A stretch of DNA of 64,000 nt from Nitrospirales bacterium (GCA_963555755.3 OY820905.2:736001-800000), one strand, 5' to 3'; positions 53,247-64,000 are shown, numbered from the stretch's first letter. Notes: generated by a model from the letters alone, not told the origin. Made by a program: numbers and translations.

Positions 53247-55102
53247 CGGGCGGATCTTCCCCCGAGTTTTGGGCGGATTTTTGGCTCTAACCTTTTGATG
53301 TCATTGAAGAAGTCACGGTTTGGGCGAGGCCACGTCTCTGCCTACACATGCACCTTGGCTGGCCGTGTGGTGGTGGCAGGCGGGGTGATCCCCAATGCGG
53401 CAAAGATGGTTGCCTGCCTAGCATCGGGGCGAGCCAGCTGAAGCACCTCCTGCCCGCCGATTGCATGGCGTTGGAAACACAATCGTGACAGGGCCCCCAG
53501 GGCGTCTTGAAGGGTCAGCGCCTGGGCGCTCTGCTCCGTCGTCCCAAACGCCTCCTTCAGGCCTCGCTCGCCTTCCCGGGCCACTTTCAGGGCGAGCATC
53601 GCGGCAAAGACATGGCCACGCGTGCGGCTCTCCTTCCGCACAAAGATGGGGCGCAGTTCGAGCAAGCCCGTCTTCATCGTCCGGAAGTCGCGTTCCACCC
53701 GTTGCAGGTCCCGGTACCGGGCATCCACCGTCGCGGCATCCATCGTGTCCCGAGCCACATCGGTTTCCAGCACCGAACAGCCATCCAACAGGGCCGCCTC
53801 GGCCTGCTTGGCCTCATCAATCTCGACCACAAGCTGGGTCCCCTGCAGGGCGAGGGTGGTGAAGGCGGAGAGCTTGTGCTTCTTGGCCCACTGGGTCAGC
53901 TGCCGCTGTCCCGCCGCCGGGGTGGCCCGCTTGGCCTTCTGGACAAACGCATTGCGCGCCGCGACCTTCTGCTGCAGTGTGGCCACTTTGTCCTGACGTC
54001 GCGTGGCCACCGTGTGGCGCAACGCCTCATTCCGCCGCAGGATCAGCCGACGAGACCCATCCTCCACTTCCTGTATCGTCTCATCAAACAAATTGAGTTG
54101 GAGCACATCTTTCTTCAGCAAGGTGCGAATCTGCGGGTCAGTGAGGGCGGTGAGGTACTTGAGTCCCTGCTCGGTGAGGGCCGCCTTGCCTGCGGCTTTC
54201 ACCATCCCCCGATCCCCCACACACACGACGTCGGTGATCTTGAACTGGGTCTTGATCCGTTCAATCTGCTCGGCGACCGTGCGGGGATCCGCCGTATTCC
54301 CCTTGAACACCGTGACGGCCAGCGGCTCACCATCCGGCCCTGTCAGCAACCCAATCACAATCTGCTTCTTGTGCTTCTTGCCGTCCCGGTTATACCCATA
54401 GGCGGCCAGTTCATTCTTGTCCCCCTCAAAATAGGAGGAGGTCACGTCATAGAGCACCAAGACCGGGGGCTGGCCGGTCCGCTGGACAGAGGCCCGATAC
54501 AGTTTCTTCTCGATGGCTTCTTGTTGGGTGCCCAACCAGTCTAAGGCCTCGTACAGGTCATCCTCGTCAAAGGCGGGCAATCCCAACACCTCAGCGACCG
54601 CATGATCGGTGGCCCACCGCACGGCTGACAGCCGCGAACCCTGATGAGCCACTCGTGCCAGCACCAGGAACAGGGCGAGCTTGGCTACTCGTTTCGGACC
54701 CAAGGCCGACACCACTCCCACCCGTTGGGCCACCGCTTTCAGGGCGAAGAGGACGCCAAAGATCCGATCACTCACGGGGCCCGCCTCGTCTTCCGTTCCA
54801 TCGAAATCCCCACGGAGGCAGCGCTTGAGCGCGTCTACGCGAGCCGGAGGCCACGAGGTCAGATTGGCCAGGGTCCGGGTCTTCACCTTGCCGCCCGCTC
54901 GGTAGCTTTCGCGCAATAAAATGGCGGGCGGGGAGGTGCGGTTAGGAACGGTGGCGATATACATGCTTTATGTATAGCATAAATAAAGCATTATAGTCAA
55001 GATAAAACAACAATTACATGCCTACATTACAGAGAGCAATCCAATCTTTCCCTGAAGAATTCCAACAGCTTAGGTGGCAAACATGGGGGGAAGATCCGTC
55101 GG
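53247..55102 (-). mobile_element. Second IS1634-family element (transposase 53342-54964)
   Basis: LLRESYR..GKVKTRTLANL, LYDVTSSY, GYNRDGK, GDRGM, VERDFRTMK; IR CGGATCTTCCCCC; ends approximate. Confidence 0.88.
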
Positions 55103-55124
55103 GATCGATGTCGTCTCGTTCACT

Positions 55125-55981
55125 GAGACGCACCAGTCACCCATCAGGATCAAGACCCATGAGGGCGGCGGTGTCACCCGCCCTCCGGTCCCTGGCACGA
55201 CGTGCCCCAGAAAACCTTCAGCGCCCGGCCCGTGTCCAGTCGGAAGAAGAACAAATCGTGTGGCTGTTCGCCGGTGTGCATACTCGCGGCTGAACGCCAA
55301 CCCCTTCGTGGCTCACGGTCGAGGCGACGCAGTTCCTCCCACGTGCGGGAGAAGCAGGAGGGGGTGAACGCGGCGAATCAAATCTGCTGGTTGTGAACCA
55401 CCCCCTTGTCCAGCTCACCCCCACCCCCGTGTGTATACAGCCTTACGCAACGGCACGCTCGACATCAAAGGCCACCTCATCGCGCATGAGGTAAAAACAC
55501 GCCCGGGCCAATTTATGGGCCACGGCCTTCAAGGCAATGAATACATTGGTCTTGGCCAGCTTGCGGTGGTAGTATCGGCGAATCTGTGGGTCGTGCCGCA
55601 TCGCAAAGTGGGCGGCTTCCACAAACGCCCAGGCTAAATATTTATTCCCATTCTTGGTGTTGCCCTTCCCCTTGCGTTTCCCCTTGCTGAGTGTGGTGCT
55701 GCTCACACACCGGCAGTACGAGGCAAACTGGCCCACCGTGGAGAACCGCCGCCTATCGCCCGTCTCTACCATGATGGTGCAGGCCAGGGGTTGGCCAAGT
55801 CCGGGGACGGTCTGCAAAAACCGAAACGCGGGCCGGAGGCGAACACGGGCTTTCACCGCCCGCTCGATCAGGGTAATCTGCTCGGCAAGGTGGTGCATCA
55901 CGGCCAGAGTCGCTTGCACGGCCATCGCATGTTCCGGCAGGGACACCCATTCGCTGATCGTCTCAGGCCGAAGTTGCTTGA
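55125..55981 (-). mobile_element. IS110-family 3' fragment with a long downstream non-coding end
   Basis: TVPGLG..ETGD.RRF..QFASYC..NGNKYLAWAFVEAA..AVAHKLAR (stop at 55443); about 320 nt non-coding tail. Confidence 0.85.
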
Positions 55982-56544
55982 AGGGTATACTCCTTCCGCC
56001 AGATCTGCTTGAGCCGAGCCACCGTACTGGCGGACAGCCCCTTGGCCTCTGGGCCCACGAGGACTTCCAGCGCCGGTTGCATCTCTCCCGTCGAGATGCC
56101 TTGTAAGTACAGCCATGGGATCGCCGCTTCCAAGCTAGCCGACTTGCGCACATACGGGGGGACCAGCGCCGAGTGAAACGTGACCGGTTTGCCCTGGCGA
56201 CTCCGTACTTTTGGGACTTGTACGGGCACCGGCCCAATGCCCGTCTGAATGTCGCGCGTCGGCTGATGGCCGCTGAGGACAACCCTCGCATGCCCCTGTT
56301 CCGTTGACTGGTCTGCATAGGTCGCCAAGAGCTCGGCCACCTCCGCTTTCAGGGCTTGGGCAAGAAGCTTCTGCGCCCCTGTTCGAATCAACTCCGTCAG
56401 CGAATCGGTCCTTCCTCGATCTTCTTCCTCTGATTTGGTACATTCCTGCATCGTGGCGTCTCTCCTTTGTGGTTGTGGTGGATGTCTCGCAACACCCATT
56501 TCAACCCGAGACGCCGCGTGTTTTCAACTGATCCTAGACACTAC
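55982..56544 (-). mobile_element. 5' part of IS256 (start of the segmental duplication)
   Basis: Near-identical to 32511-33073. Confidence 0.9.
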
Positions 56545-56591
56545 TTTCAAGTATAACTCAAATACTTGTGATATCCCTGATTATATTCTAT

Positions 56592-58676
56592 CCTACATTC
56601 CGCACTTGAAAACGTGTATTTTTCTGCCCCTCATGTATCGCCTCTTTTTTTTGCGCCACACTGCGGTTGAGGGATTTTGAGGAGTTGCAGCACTTGGTGC
56701 TGTGGCTCGGACCACTCATCCCAAAAGGTCCTCACCACCTTGCCGTCACGAAGAATCTCGTACCTGCAGTGCTGGGCAAAGAGTCGCTGGACTTGTTCCC
56801 AGGTCGGGGTCGAGGTGGGTCGTTCCTCGGGGAGGGTTCGCAGGGTTCGAATACCGCTCTTCTCCATCGCATGTCTGAGATCGCGCTGAATGAGGGCGGC
56901 CACGAGATCGGCGAGGTAGACCACGAGCATGAGGGCCTCGATGCGTTCGTTGTTCTTGAGGAACACCGGCGCCACCTGGAAGTCGGACTTGAGGCCGCTG
57001 AAGCGCTTCTCGATATGGGGCTGATACTTGTACGCCTCGAGGACCGCTTTGGCGGAGAGGGAGGTATTCGTGACCAGCGGAAAGATCCCATCGATGGCCT
57101 TGGCCCGAGCGAGCTGTTCCGGGTCTTGCTGGATCATGAGCTGCGGAATGTGTTTGACGGTGCGATGGTAGGTTGACGCGGGCGAGGGTTTGCCGCGGGC
57201 GGTCTGTGTGAAGGTTTCCTCCACGCGGTGGCTCACGGTCACCGTGAGCCACAGAGCCACCTGATACCTCGCGATGATCTGGTGGGCCTGCTTGAGTAAC
57301 GAGCGCTCGGTTCGGCGCCCACGCGCTTTCTTCTCGTTGAGCGCCGCGAGTTTGTGCCGAGCGATCTCCAGCCGGTCCTTGCGGCGGCTGGCATCGCGCT
57401 TTCGCTTCTCGGAGGAGCGATACCAATAGAGTCGAAACCCCTCCGCCAGCTGATACGCCTCGCTCGCGACCGAAAACACGTCAGACATCCCCCGCCTTCG
57501 AGTCGAGCGCTGGCGTAGGAGCGGGTCCCAGCGGACGGTCGCCTCGTAGCAGTCGGTGGCAAACGCGTGGGTTTCGGCCCGGGTCCGAGGGACGATGGTG
57601 ACAAACCGACCGTGTTCCTGGTCAATGCGCCGCATGTTGGCCGTCGTGCATAATTTGGAGTCGGCGACGTAGAGGAACCCGGCCCCGCCCACCAAGCGGC
57701 GCAACGTCAGCCAATTCTCGATATGCAGGGTATCGTCCGTCTGATGGCCCGCATGGGTCTTGAAGTGAATCGGCACGGCTCCATCGCGAGCCATCGACAA
57801 GTGGTAGCGGAGCTGTTTCAGATCGGGACGATGATCCTTGCTGTGGCCCCGCGTGAGGTGGACCCCTTTGCGCGATTGCGCCGCGTACGCCCCCGAGAAC
57901 TTGACGGAGGTGGAATCACTATGGATCTGGGAGACATCAATCGCGAACCGGTCAATGGCCGCCAGCGTGAGGGTGGGCTGCAACGTTGCGCGATCAGCCT
58001 GGAATAACCTGTCGAGGGCCCGTCCCAGCCCAGCATCGGTGAGCGGCGCGGCTCCTCGCTCAATCGGGTCGAACTGCTGGGCCCAGGCTGGGACGCGGTA
58101 GAGCGCTGCCGGTTCGATCAGCAGGCTTTTGATGAGGAGCTCAATCGCCGCAGCGTACCGCGCCGAACGAAGAATGTCCTCCAGGCGGTGGCGCACCCCA
58201 AGCGTCGCGAAACAGCGATTGATGAGTGGGAGGGTCGCGATCCGTACCTTCCGATGCTGCAAATCTTTGGCTTGCATCACGCCCTATCTTAATGCATAAT
58301 AGCATTAAGATGTCACGCGTAAAGATGATCCACCTCAGATCGCCCGGACCCGTTCTGCCCGGGAGTGTGTCGACCGCAAGGGCGCGATGCGGCAAACAGA
58401 CGTGCAAGTGTCGGGACGACCCGGCCCACCGACACGGGCCCTATTATCGCTGGACAGGCCTCATCGACGAAAAGAAGACCACGGTCACGCTCACGCAGGA
58501 GGAAGCCAGGGAGTGCGTACGACGGATTAAGAACTTCAAGAAACTGCAGGCGAAGCTGGCGACAGTGAGCAAGGAGGCGCTTGAAACCGCTCCGTGGACC
58601 CGGCGGTAAGAGCTAGGCGCTGGACACCACTGGTGGGTTCCAGGTTAAATGCACGTTCTCAAGTGCGGAATGTAGG
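56592..58676 (-). mobile_element. IS1634 copy 2 (transposase 56631-58280; DUF6788 gene 58310-58609 on +)
   Basis: Same TIRs, TTCTAT TSD and flanks as 33121-35205. Confidence 0.93.
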
Positions 58677-58713
58677 TTCTATACATCCGGCTTCATTTAT
58701 TTCGTGAAAATTT

Positions 58714-60823
58714 TTGTTATTCCTTAAATTAATAAATAATCAGGTATCAGCCATCAGCGTTTTGGCTTTGCTTGCTATTGGAACCTTCGCCACCTGCGTT
58801 TATGCGGGCGGCTTCACTGTCAAGAGCGGCGAGACTGTGATGATTACACAGGAACTCGACGGTGATGACAAAGGCGTGGTAGAAAAAGGCGGCGCTATAA
58901 AACCAACCAATAGTGGTGATAATGGCATTAACATAACCGGTAATGATAACACTGCGATCAACAACGGTTCTATCGAGACGGTGGGAGGCGCAGGGCCATG
59001 GTATTCACTTATTCGAATCCGACAACAACACCATCAACAACGACGGTTCTATAGAGACGATGGGTCACAGGGCCTTTGGCATTTACTTAGACGAATCCCT
59101 CAACAATGCCATCAACAACAACGGTTCTATAGAGACGGAGGTACGAGGTGCTTCTGGCATTTACTTAGACAAATCCCTCAACAATACCGTCAACAACAAC
59201 GGTTCTATAGAGACGATGGGAGACTTTGCCTCTGGCATTTCCTTATCCGGTTCCACCACCAATACCATCAACAACAACGGTTCTATAAAGACGGTGGGAA
59301 AAGACTCCTATGGCATTTCCTTATCAGCTTTCACCACTAATACCGTCAACAACAACGGTTCTATAGAGACGATGGGAGAAGGTGCCCATGGCATTTTATT
59401 ATTCGCTTCCGACACCAATAATACCATCAACAACAACGGTTCTATAAAGACGATGGGAGAAGGTGCCCATGGCATTTTCTTATTTTTTTCCGATGCCAAT
59501 ACCATCAATAACGACGGAGATATCTTTGTTACTGGCGTTGACAGCTTTGCTGTTTTGGATGATGGAAACAAGCAGAATAAAAACAATACCCTAAACCTGT
59601 TTTCCCGTTCGCGAATCATTGGCCGAATTGATTTTGGCGATGGAGTAGATACGGTCAATTTCCATTTCAAGAAAGCGGGTTTTTCTTCCACGTTGAGTTT
59701 TGAGAATACGGAGTCTATCAACCTGCATGACGACAATATGGTGAATGTGGGAGGCCTGACAGGAGTTTATTCGGTGGTTGATCCCACCGGTCAGTCAGTG
59801 AACGGAGCTGTTCTTGGTTCGATCACAAAAGATATCCATGGAATCCTGACCCGCCGTACGAGTCGGATGTCGAACACGAATCCCTCGCAACTGGCTTCGA
59901 CCCGTGTGGAACCGGGAATGATGTCCTCTTCCCAAAAATCACAAGTCTGGGCGAGCGGTTTCGGCGCCCACCGTTCACGCGATGAAGATGGCCGTGTTCT
60001 CGCTTATGACCACGTTTATTACGGCGGCGTCGCCGGTTATGAAACGGCAACCCGTCAAGCGAGTATCGGCTTCATGGCGGGCTACGCTCAATCTGATGTA
60101 AGAACAGATTTAACCTCGATCAACACCGATAGCGAAAGTTATTTTGTCGGCGCTTATGGTCAGAAAAGATTCGCGAGCTTCAACCTGGACGCCTCTTTGC
60201 TCGCCGGTTACGAGCGCTATGACAACGACCGTATTGTGGTCGATAACCTGAATAAGTTTGAAACTGCCGAGGCGGCTTATGACTCTTTTTTTCTAAGTCC
60301 GTCAGTCACTTTGAGTAGCGAAATCAGGGTATTCGACAAGATAGCGCTTCGTCCTTCAGTAACCGGGATTTACAGCGTCGCATGGTATGACGATTACACC
60401 GAATCGGGCACAACCCGATCTAACCTGTCCATCGACGACCGATTCTCGCATGCCCTGATCGGAAAACTGCAAATTGCGGCGGCGTATGTGTTCAGCAATG
60501 GCAGCGAAATAGGGATTAGAGGAGGCGGCAGGTATCGCTATACGATCAATGATGATGTTGACACCACATTAGCGGGAACGTCTTTTCGATATGCCGCGGC
60601 CGGAGACGACACTTACTTTGCAGCCATAGCGGGCGCCAATGCGCGCGTTGCGTTAATGGACAGTATCAACCTGACCGCCAATGCGGAATATGCATTCGAC
60701 GATGGCATTGAAACCACCCTGTCAGGCCAACTCGTCCTTGAATTTATTGGCTCTTTAGCAGAATCTTCGGCCTTGAATTTATTGGCTCTTCAGCAGAATC
60801 TGTGGGTGACTTGGTTCAAATAG
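58714..60823 (+). pseudogene. Repeat-rich autotransporter copy B, +1 frameshift at about 58991-58997
   Basis: Barrel nearly identical to copy A; repeats NNTINNNGSIETMG. Confidence 0.88.
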
Positions 60824-60975
60824 AATAGAATAGGAATAGGGGTCAAATCTTTGAATTGAAATAGAAATAGGGTAGAGTAGAACACTGGTGCTCACCTGGA
60901 GCTACTCTCGAACGCTTCGACGCACGCGTCTACAACGGACCACAGCAGTCAGCCATTCCCAGCGTCCCCTCATCA

Positions 60976-62969
60976 GTAGGGTCGAGGACTGGCGCGCCAA
61001 CGGTAGGGTTCGGTGGCTCCTCCACCCCTTTCGGAATGGGCCTCAGTCCGACTCCCCTGGTCACGGTTCCAGTCCCCGCCACCTCAAACCCGGCGTGCTG
61101 ATTTCCAGCACCGGGCTTTCCTGGATGCTTCACCTCAAGGGTTATGTGACCTATCAGCCTGGAAGGACTTTCATGCCGACCCGTTGTACCGCACTCGGTA
61201 ATCTCCATATAAGCCAAGTACCGTGTAGAGCCAAACCTTACTCCACCTCTTCCAGCCAAAACCTCGACGGTGGCGCACTCGCATCATGTGCCGCCGGACC
61301 TTCCGCTCCACCCAATCCTTCACGTAGGATAAACACCGACTCGCATGCCCAATCCGGAAGTAGTTCACCCAGCCCCGTACGATCGGATTGATCATGGCGA
61401 TCATCCGTCCCACCGGCTGGGATTGCCCGCGTCGGAACACTTCCTTGAGCTTCCGCAGCAACGCGGTGCGCCGCTTCACCTTCGGTATGTACTGCGGGCG
61501 CCACACTCCACGCCGCGACCGCACACGCCGAAAGTCAAAGCCCAGAAAGCCGAAGCTGCCTCCCTGACTCAGGTCCACGATTCGGCTCTTCTCCTCATTC
61601 ACCTGAAGGTCTAATTGGGCCAACGCCTCTCGCAGCTTCCGCTCCGCAACCTGCGCCAGTTGTGCGTGGCGGCGATAGCCATCCACTAACACGACGAGGT
61701 CATCCGCAAACCGGACATACTCGAGATACGTATACTGGCCCTGCCGGGTTGTCTCCTTCAGCTGCTCCAGCCTCTCATCCACTTCCGTGAGATAGAGGTT
61801 GGCCAGCAGCGGGGAAATCACACCCCCTTGAGGCACCCCACGCGGGCCGGACGCCTTGACGATGAGTTTCACCAGCCGCAGGATCGCGGGATCCTGGATG
61901 CGTCGGGCCACCTTCGCCAGCAGCCGGTCATGCCGCACCGTGTCGAAGAAGGCCGCCAGATCCACATCAATCACTCGCGTCTTGTTCTGCACCATCGCCT
62001 GAGCCACCCGGCCAATCGCCTGGTGGGCTGTCCGTTTCGGTCGATACCCATACGACCCATCACGAAAATCCGCCTCAAAGATCGGTTCCAGCAGGAGCTT
62101 GAGCGCTCCCTGTACCACGCGGTCCCGAATCGCGGGTATCCCTAAGACGCGGACTCGTCCACCGCCTTTCGAAATCTCCACGTGCCGGTTCCGCATCGGT
62201 CGGTAGGTCTGCGTGACCAGTTCGTCCCGTAGTCGTGCAAGAAAGGGCTCCACCCCCGTGGCCTCGATGCCAGCAAACGTCACCCCATCAATGCCGGGGG
62301 CTCCGTTGTTTTTCTTGGCCATCGAATAGGCCGCGCGTAGCGTCGCCTCTTTGCACACGTGGACGTACAGGCCCCACACCCGCCATCGCTTCTCAGCCTT
62401 CGCCTTGACGTAGAGCCGCTGTCGCAGGTCTTGCAGTGTAATGGACGCCGTTGTCATCTCGTCCCTGCCTCCCATGTTGATCACAGCCTACAGCCAGTAG
62501 GGCTCCTTTGCTCCACAGGCATGACCCTGCTTCCTCGCTCCTACGAGCCCCTCCGCCACCCTCTCGTCTTCGGCTCACTTCCCAGAGAGCTGGTTATAGA
62601 GCCGATCTTCCTCCAGGGATTTCTCCCTGGGACGAGGAGGGCTTCTCCAGTTGCGTCGTCTGTCCTTGCTCCCGTGCTGTCGCTCTCACCCCGCCGGAGT
62701 GGCCAGGCGTCTCAGCCTTGGTTCGCCTGTCCATGCCGTCTTCGTCCTACGGACAGGGACTCGACCTCCGAGGTTTCATACTTTCGAGGCTACCTCTGCG
62801 TTCACTTTCGTTACGGCCCGGGAACTCGCTCACCATCCTCTACGATGGCTTTGTCGATGGGCTTCAGCGTCTCGGTTTCTCTCCACGCTGCCATCCAAGC
62901 TACAGGGCTCAGGCTCTTACCCTGGTGGGCTTGCTTCCCACTGAACAGTCTCGCCTTACCTGGACACAC
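60976..62969 (-). mobile_element. Complete group II intron inserted at the DV/DVI junction of intron O
   Basis: Starts GTGTG and ends CGACCCTAC; DV AAGCCCGGTGCTGGAAATCAGCACGCCGGGTTT; boundaries confirmed by the empty site at 39511/39512. Confidence 0.92.
61171..62457 (-). CDS. ltrA: Group II intron reverse transcriptase/maturase, no endonuclease domain
   Basis: APGIDG, LGIPAIRDRVVQ, PQGGVISPLLAN, RFADD, FLGF, NPIVRGWVNYF. Confidence 0.93.
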   Translation of the reverse strand: MTTASITLQDLRQRLYVKAKAEKRWRVWGLYVHVCKEATLRAAYSMAKKNNGAPGIDGVTFAGIEATGVEPFLARLRDELVTQTYRPMRNRHVEISKGGGRVRVLGIPAIRDRVVQGALKLLLEPIFEADFRDGSYGYRPKRTAHQAIGRVAQAMVQNKTRVIDVDLAAFFDTVRHDRLLAKVARRIQDPAILRLVKLIVKASGPRGVPQGGVISPLLANLYLTEVDERLEQLKETTRQGQYTYLEYVRFADDLVVLVDGYRRHAQLAQVAERKLREALAQLDLQVNEEKSRIVDLSQGGSFGFLGFDFRRVRSRRGVWRPQYIPKVKRRTALLRKLKEVFRRGQSQPVGRMIAMINPIVRGWVNYFRIGHASRCLSYVKDWVERKVRRHMMRVRHRRGFGWKRWSKVWLYTVLGLYGDYRVRYNGSA

Positions 62970-63542
62970 ATCCGTGCGTACAGTTTTCCCGTACACGGCT
63001 TTCCGATGTTCTTCGTCAGAACGCATGCGCCCGTTTCCAGCCAGCTATCGTGGGAAGCTTGAACAAGCCGTATCGAGCATAGAGCATGGCCGTGGGAAAC
63101 TGCGCATACCCTGCCGCCCGGCTTTTCACCTTGTGCCGTTTGCGGAGGTGCGCGCGCAGTCGCTCTTCCACATGCCATTTCACTCGACCCAAGCCCTTGG
63201 AGCTCTTGCGGTAGTGGAAATAGCCCGCCCACCCGCGCACGTACTGGTTGAGCGTCGCCACCACATCAGGGAGCGGAATCGGGGTCCCACCACGAGCCGT
63301 CATCTGTGTCACTCGTGCTTTCGCCCGCTGGATGGATCGGAGGGACGGCTCCACGTGCGGGTAGACTTTCCCGCTCGTGCGTCCCGTCCGGAGACCAAAG
63401 GAAAACCCGAGAAAGTCAAACCGTTCCTGCCTGGCGTTGACTTCCCTGGTTTTCTCCTCATTGAGGCTCAGCCCCAATCCCTCCAGCAAGTGGTGGAGGA
63501 CCGTCATTGACGGAGCCACCTCCCCCGCACAAAGCACCACCA

Positions 63543-64000
63543 GTCGAGTCGCCCCGAGGAACCACCCCTCGAGGCGCTCACAGAACCGGACGTGAACGTC
63601 TCCGCTCATCCGGCTCTTCTTATCTAGCCTGTCCATACACCAACCGCCAGTGAGCAAACAGATTGGGCTGCCGACACGCAATGCGTCGCAACCACTGATC
63701 GGCTCGCCGTTTGTGGCCTCGCAGCCGCTTGAACTTGCGAGTGGCCCACAGCACAAGTTTGCGATCGATGTGCCGGAGGGACCGGTACAACGCCGATTGG
63801 TAGAAGGCACTGTAATAGGTCACCCACCCGCGTATCTTCGCATTGAACATCCGCGCCAGATCGTCGAGCGCTTTATCGCTCCGCAGATGGAGCTGCCAGC
63901 TCCGCACGACCTGGCGGATCGCCTTCCCCGCCTTATTACTGATGGCCGGACTGAAGTTGATGAAGTATTTCCCCCACCGGTTCTTCGACCGCCGTGGGCG
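63543..64000 (-). mobile_element. 3' end of a third group II intron (class D-like IEP, stop at 63620) inserted in the RT of intron O
   Basis: RPRRSKNRWG..NAKIRGWVTYY..PNLFAHW; DV GAGCCGGATGAGCGGAGACGTTCACGTCCGGTTC; ends GCGACTCGAC. Confidence 0.88.

Larger units (their letters stand above)
60872..63542 (-). mobile_element. Host group II intron O, visible 3' part: IEP C-terminus 63016-63542, DV about 62970-63003, DVI 60872-60975
   Basis: LVVLC..LNEEKT..FDFLGF..LNQYVRGWAGYF; DV AAGCCGTGTACGGGAAAACTGTACGCACGGAT; ends CTACTCTAC. Confidence 0.88.

Noticed and set aside
58943..62484. Diversity-generating retroelement (AAC-rich repeats near an RT)
   Set aside because: The RTs are group II IEPs with full DV/DVI and splice boundaries. 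I saw no TR/VR pair differing only at adenines (the AAC codons are the conserved part) and no avd gene.
60976..62969. Class C (terminator-targeting) assignment of the inner intron
   Set aside because: Although it inserts after a hairpin, its DV is full length with an AGC triad rather than the short CGC type.
62359..63510. 383-aa plus-strand ORF and other long shadow ORFs (e.g. 53507-54544, 21440-22291, 27381-28097)
   Set aside because: They are antisense to GC-rich transposase or intron sequence and have no protein motifs.
63543..63810. N-terminal part of the 264-aa ORF 63016-63810
   Set aside because: Chance read-through from intron 3 DV/DVI into the host IEP frame.
1..64000. tRNA, rRNA, prophage or integrase genes
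   Set aside because: None recognised by eye; tRNAscan/Infernal was not run.

Overview
Bacterial chromosome window, probably Nitrospirota/Nitrospirales (inferred from the style of the housekeeping proteins and a Nitrospira-type MITE at 17031-17152; not certain). About 1.7-19.6 kb is core genome: STAS protein, NAD-dependent epimerase, purB-purS-purQ, a nitrate/nitrite MFS transporter, ribBA-ribH-nusB, an rpoH-like sigma factor, groES-groEL, queG and mutS2. Many intergenic gaps carry MITEs of several families, and there is one intact IS1595. From about 19.8 kb to the end is a heavily rearranged accessory region. It holds mostly decayed IS elements (IS91/ISCR x3, IS30 x3, IS256 x2, IS1634 of two types, ISAs1, IS481, IS3, IS200, IS21, IS110, a large IS1-like element), a RAYT with stuttered ends, three toxin-antitoxin modules and a split lexA-like gene. 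It also holds a five-gene tandem array of diversified secreted proteins and a segmental duplication carrying a repeat-rich autotransporter whose repeat region differs between copies. The window ends in a nest of three group II introns. Most notable: (1) intron domain V is a repeated target, hit by another intron whose candidate EBS1 matches it and by an IS1-like transposon; (2) the hypervariable secreted-protein array; (3) a strong A:T->C:G bias in decayed elements. All calls are by eye without database searches, and some frameshifts could be sequencing errors.
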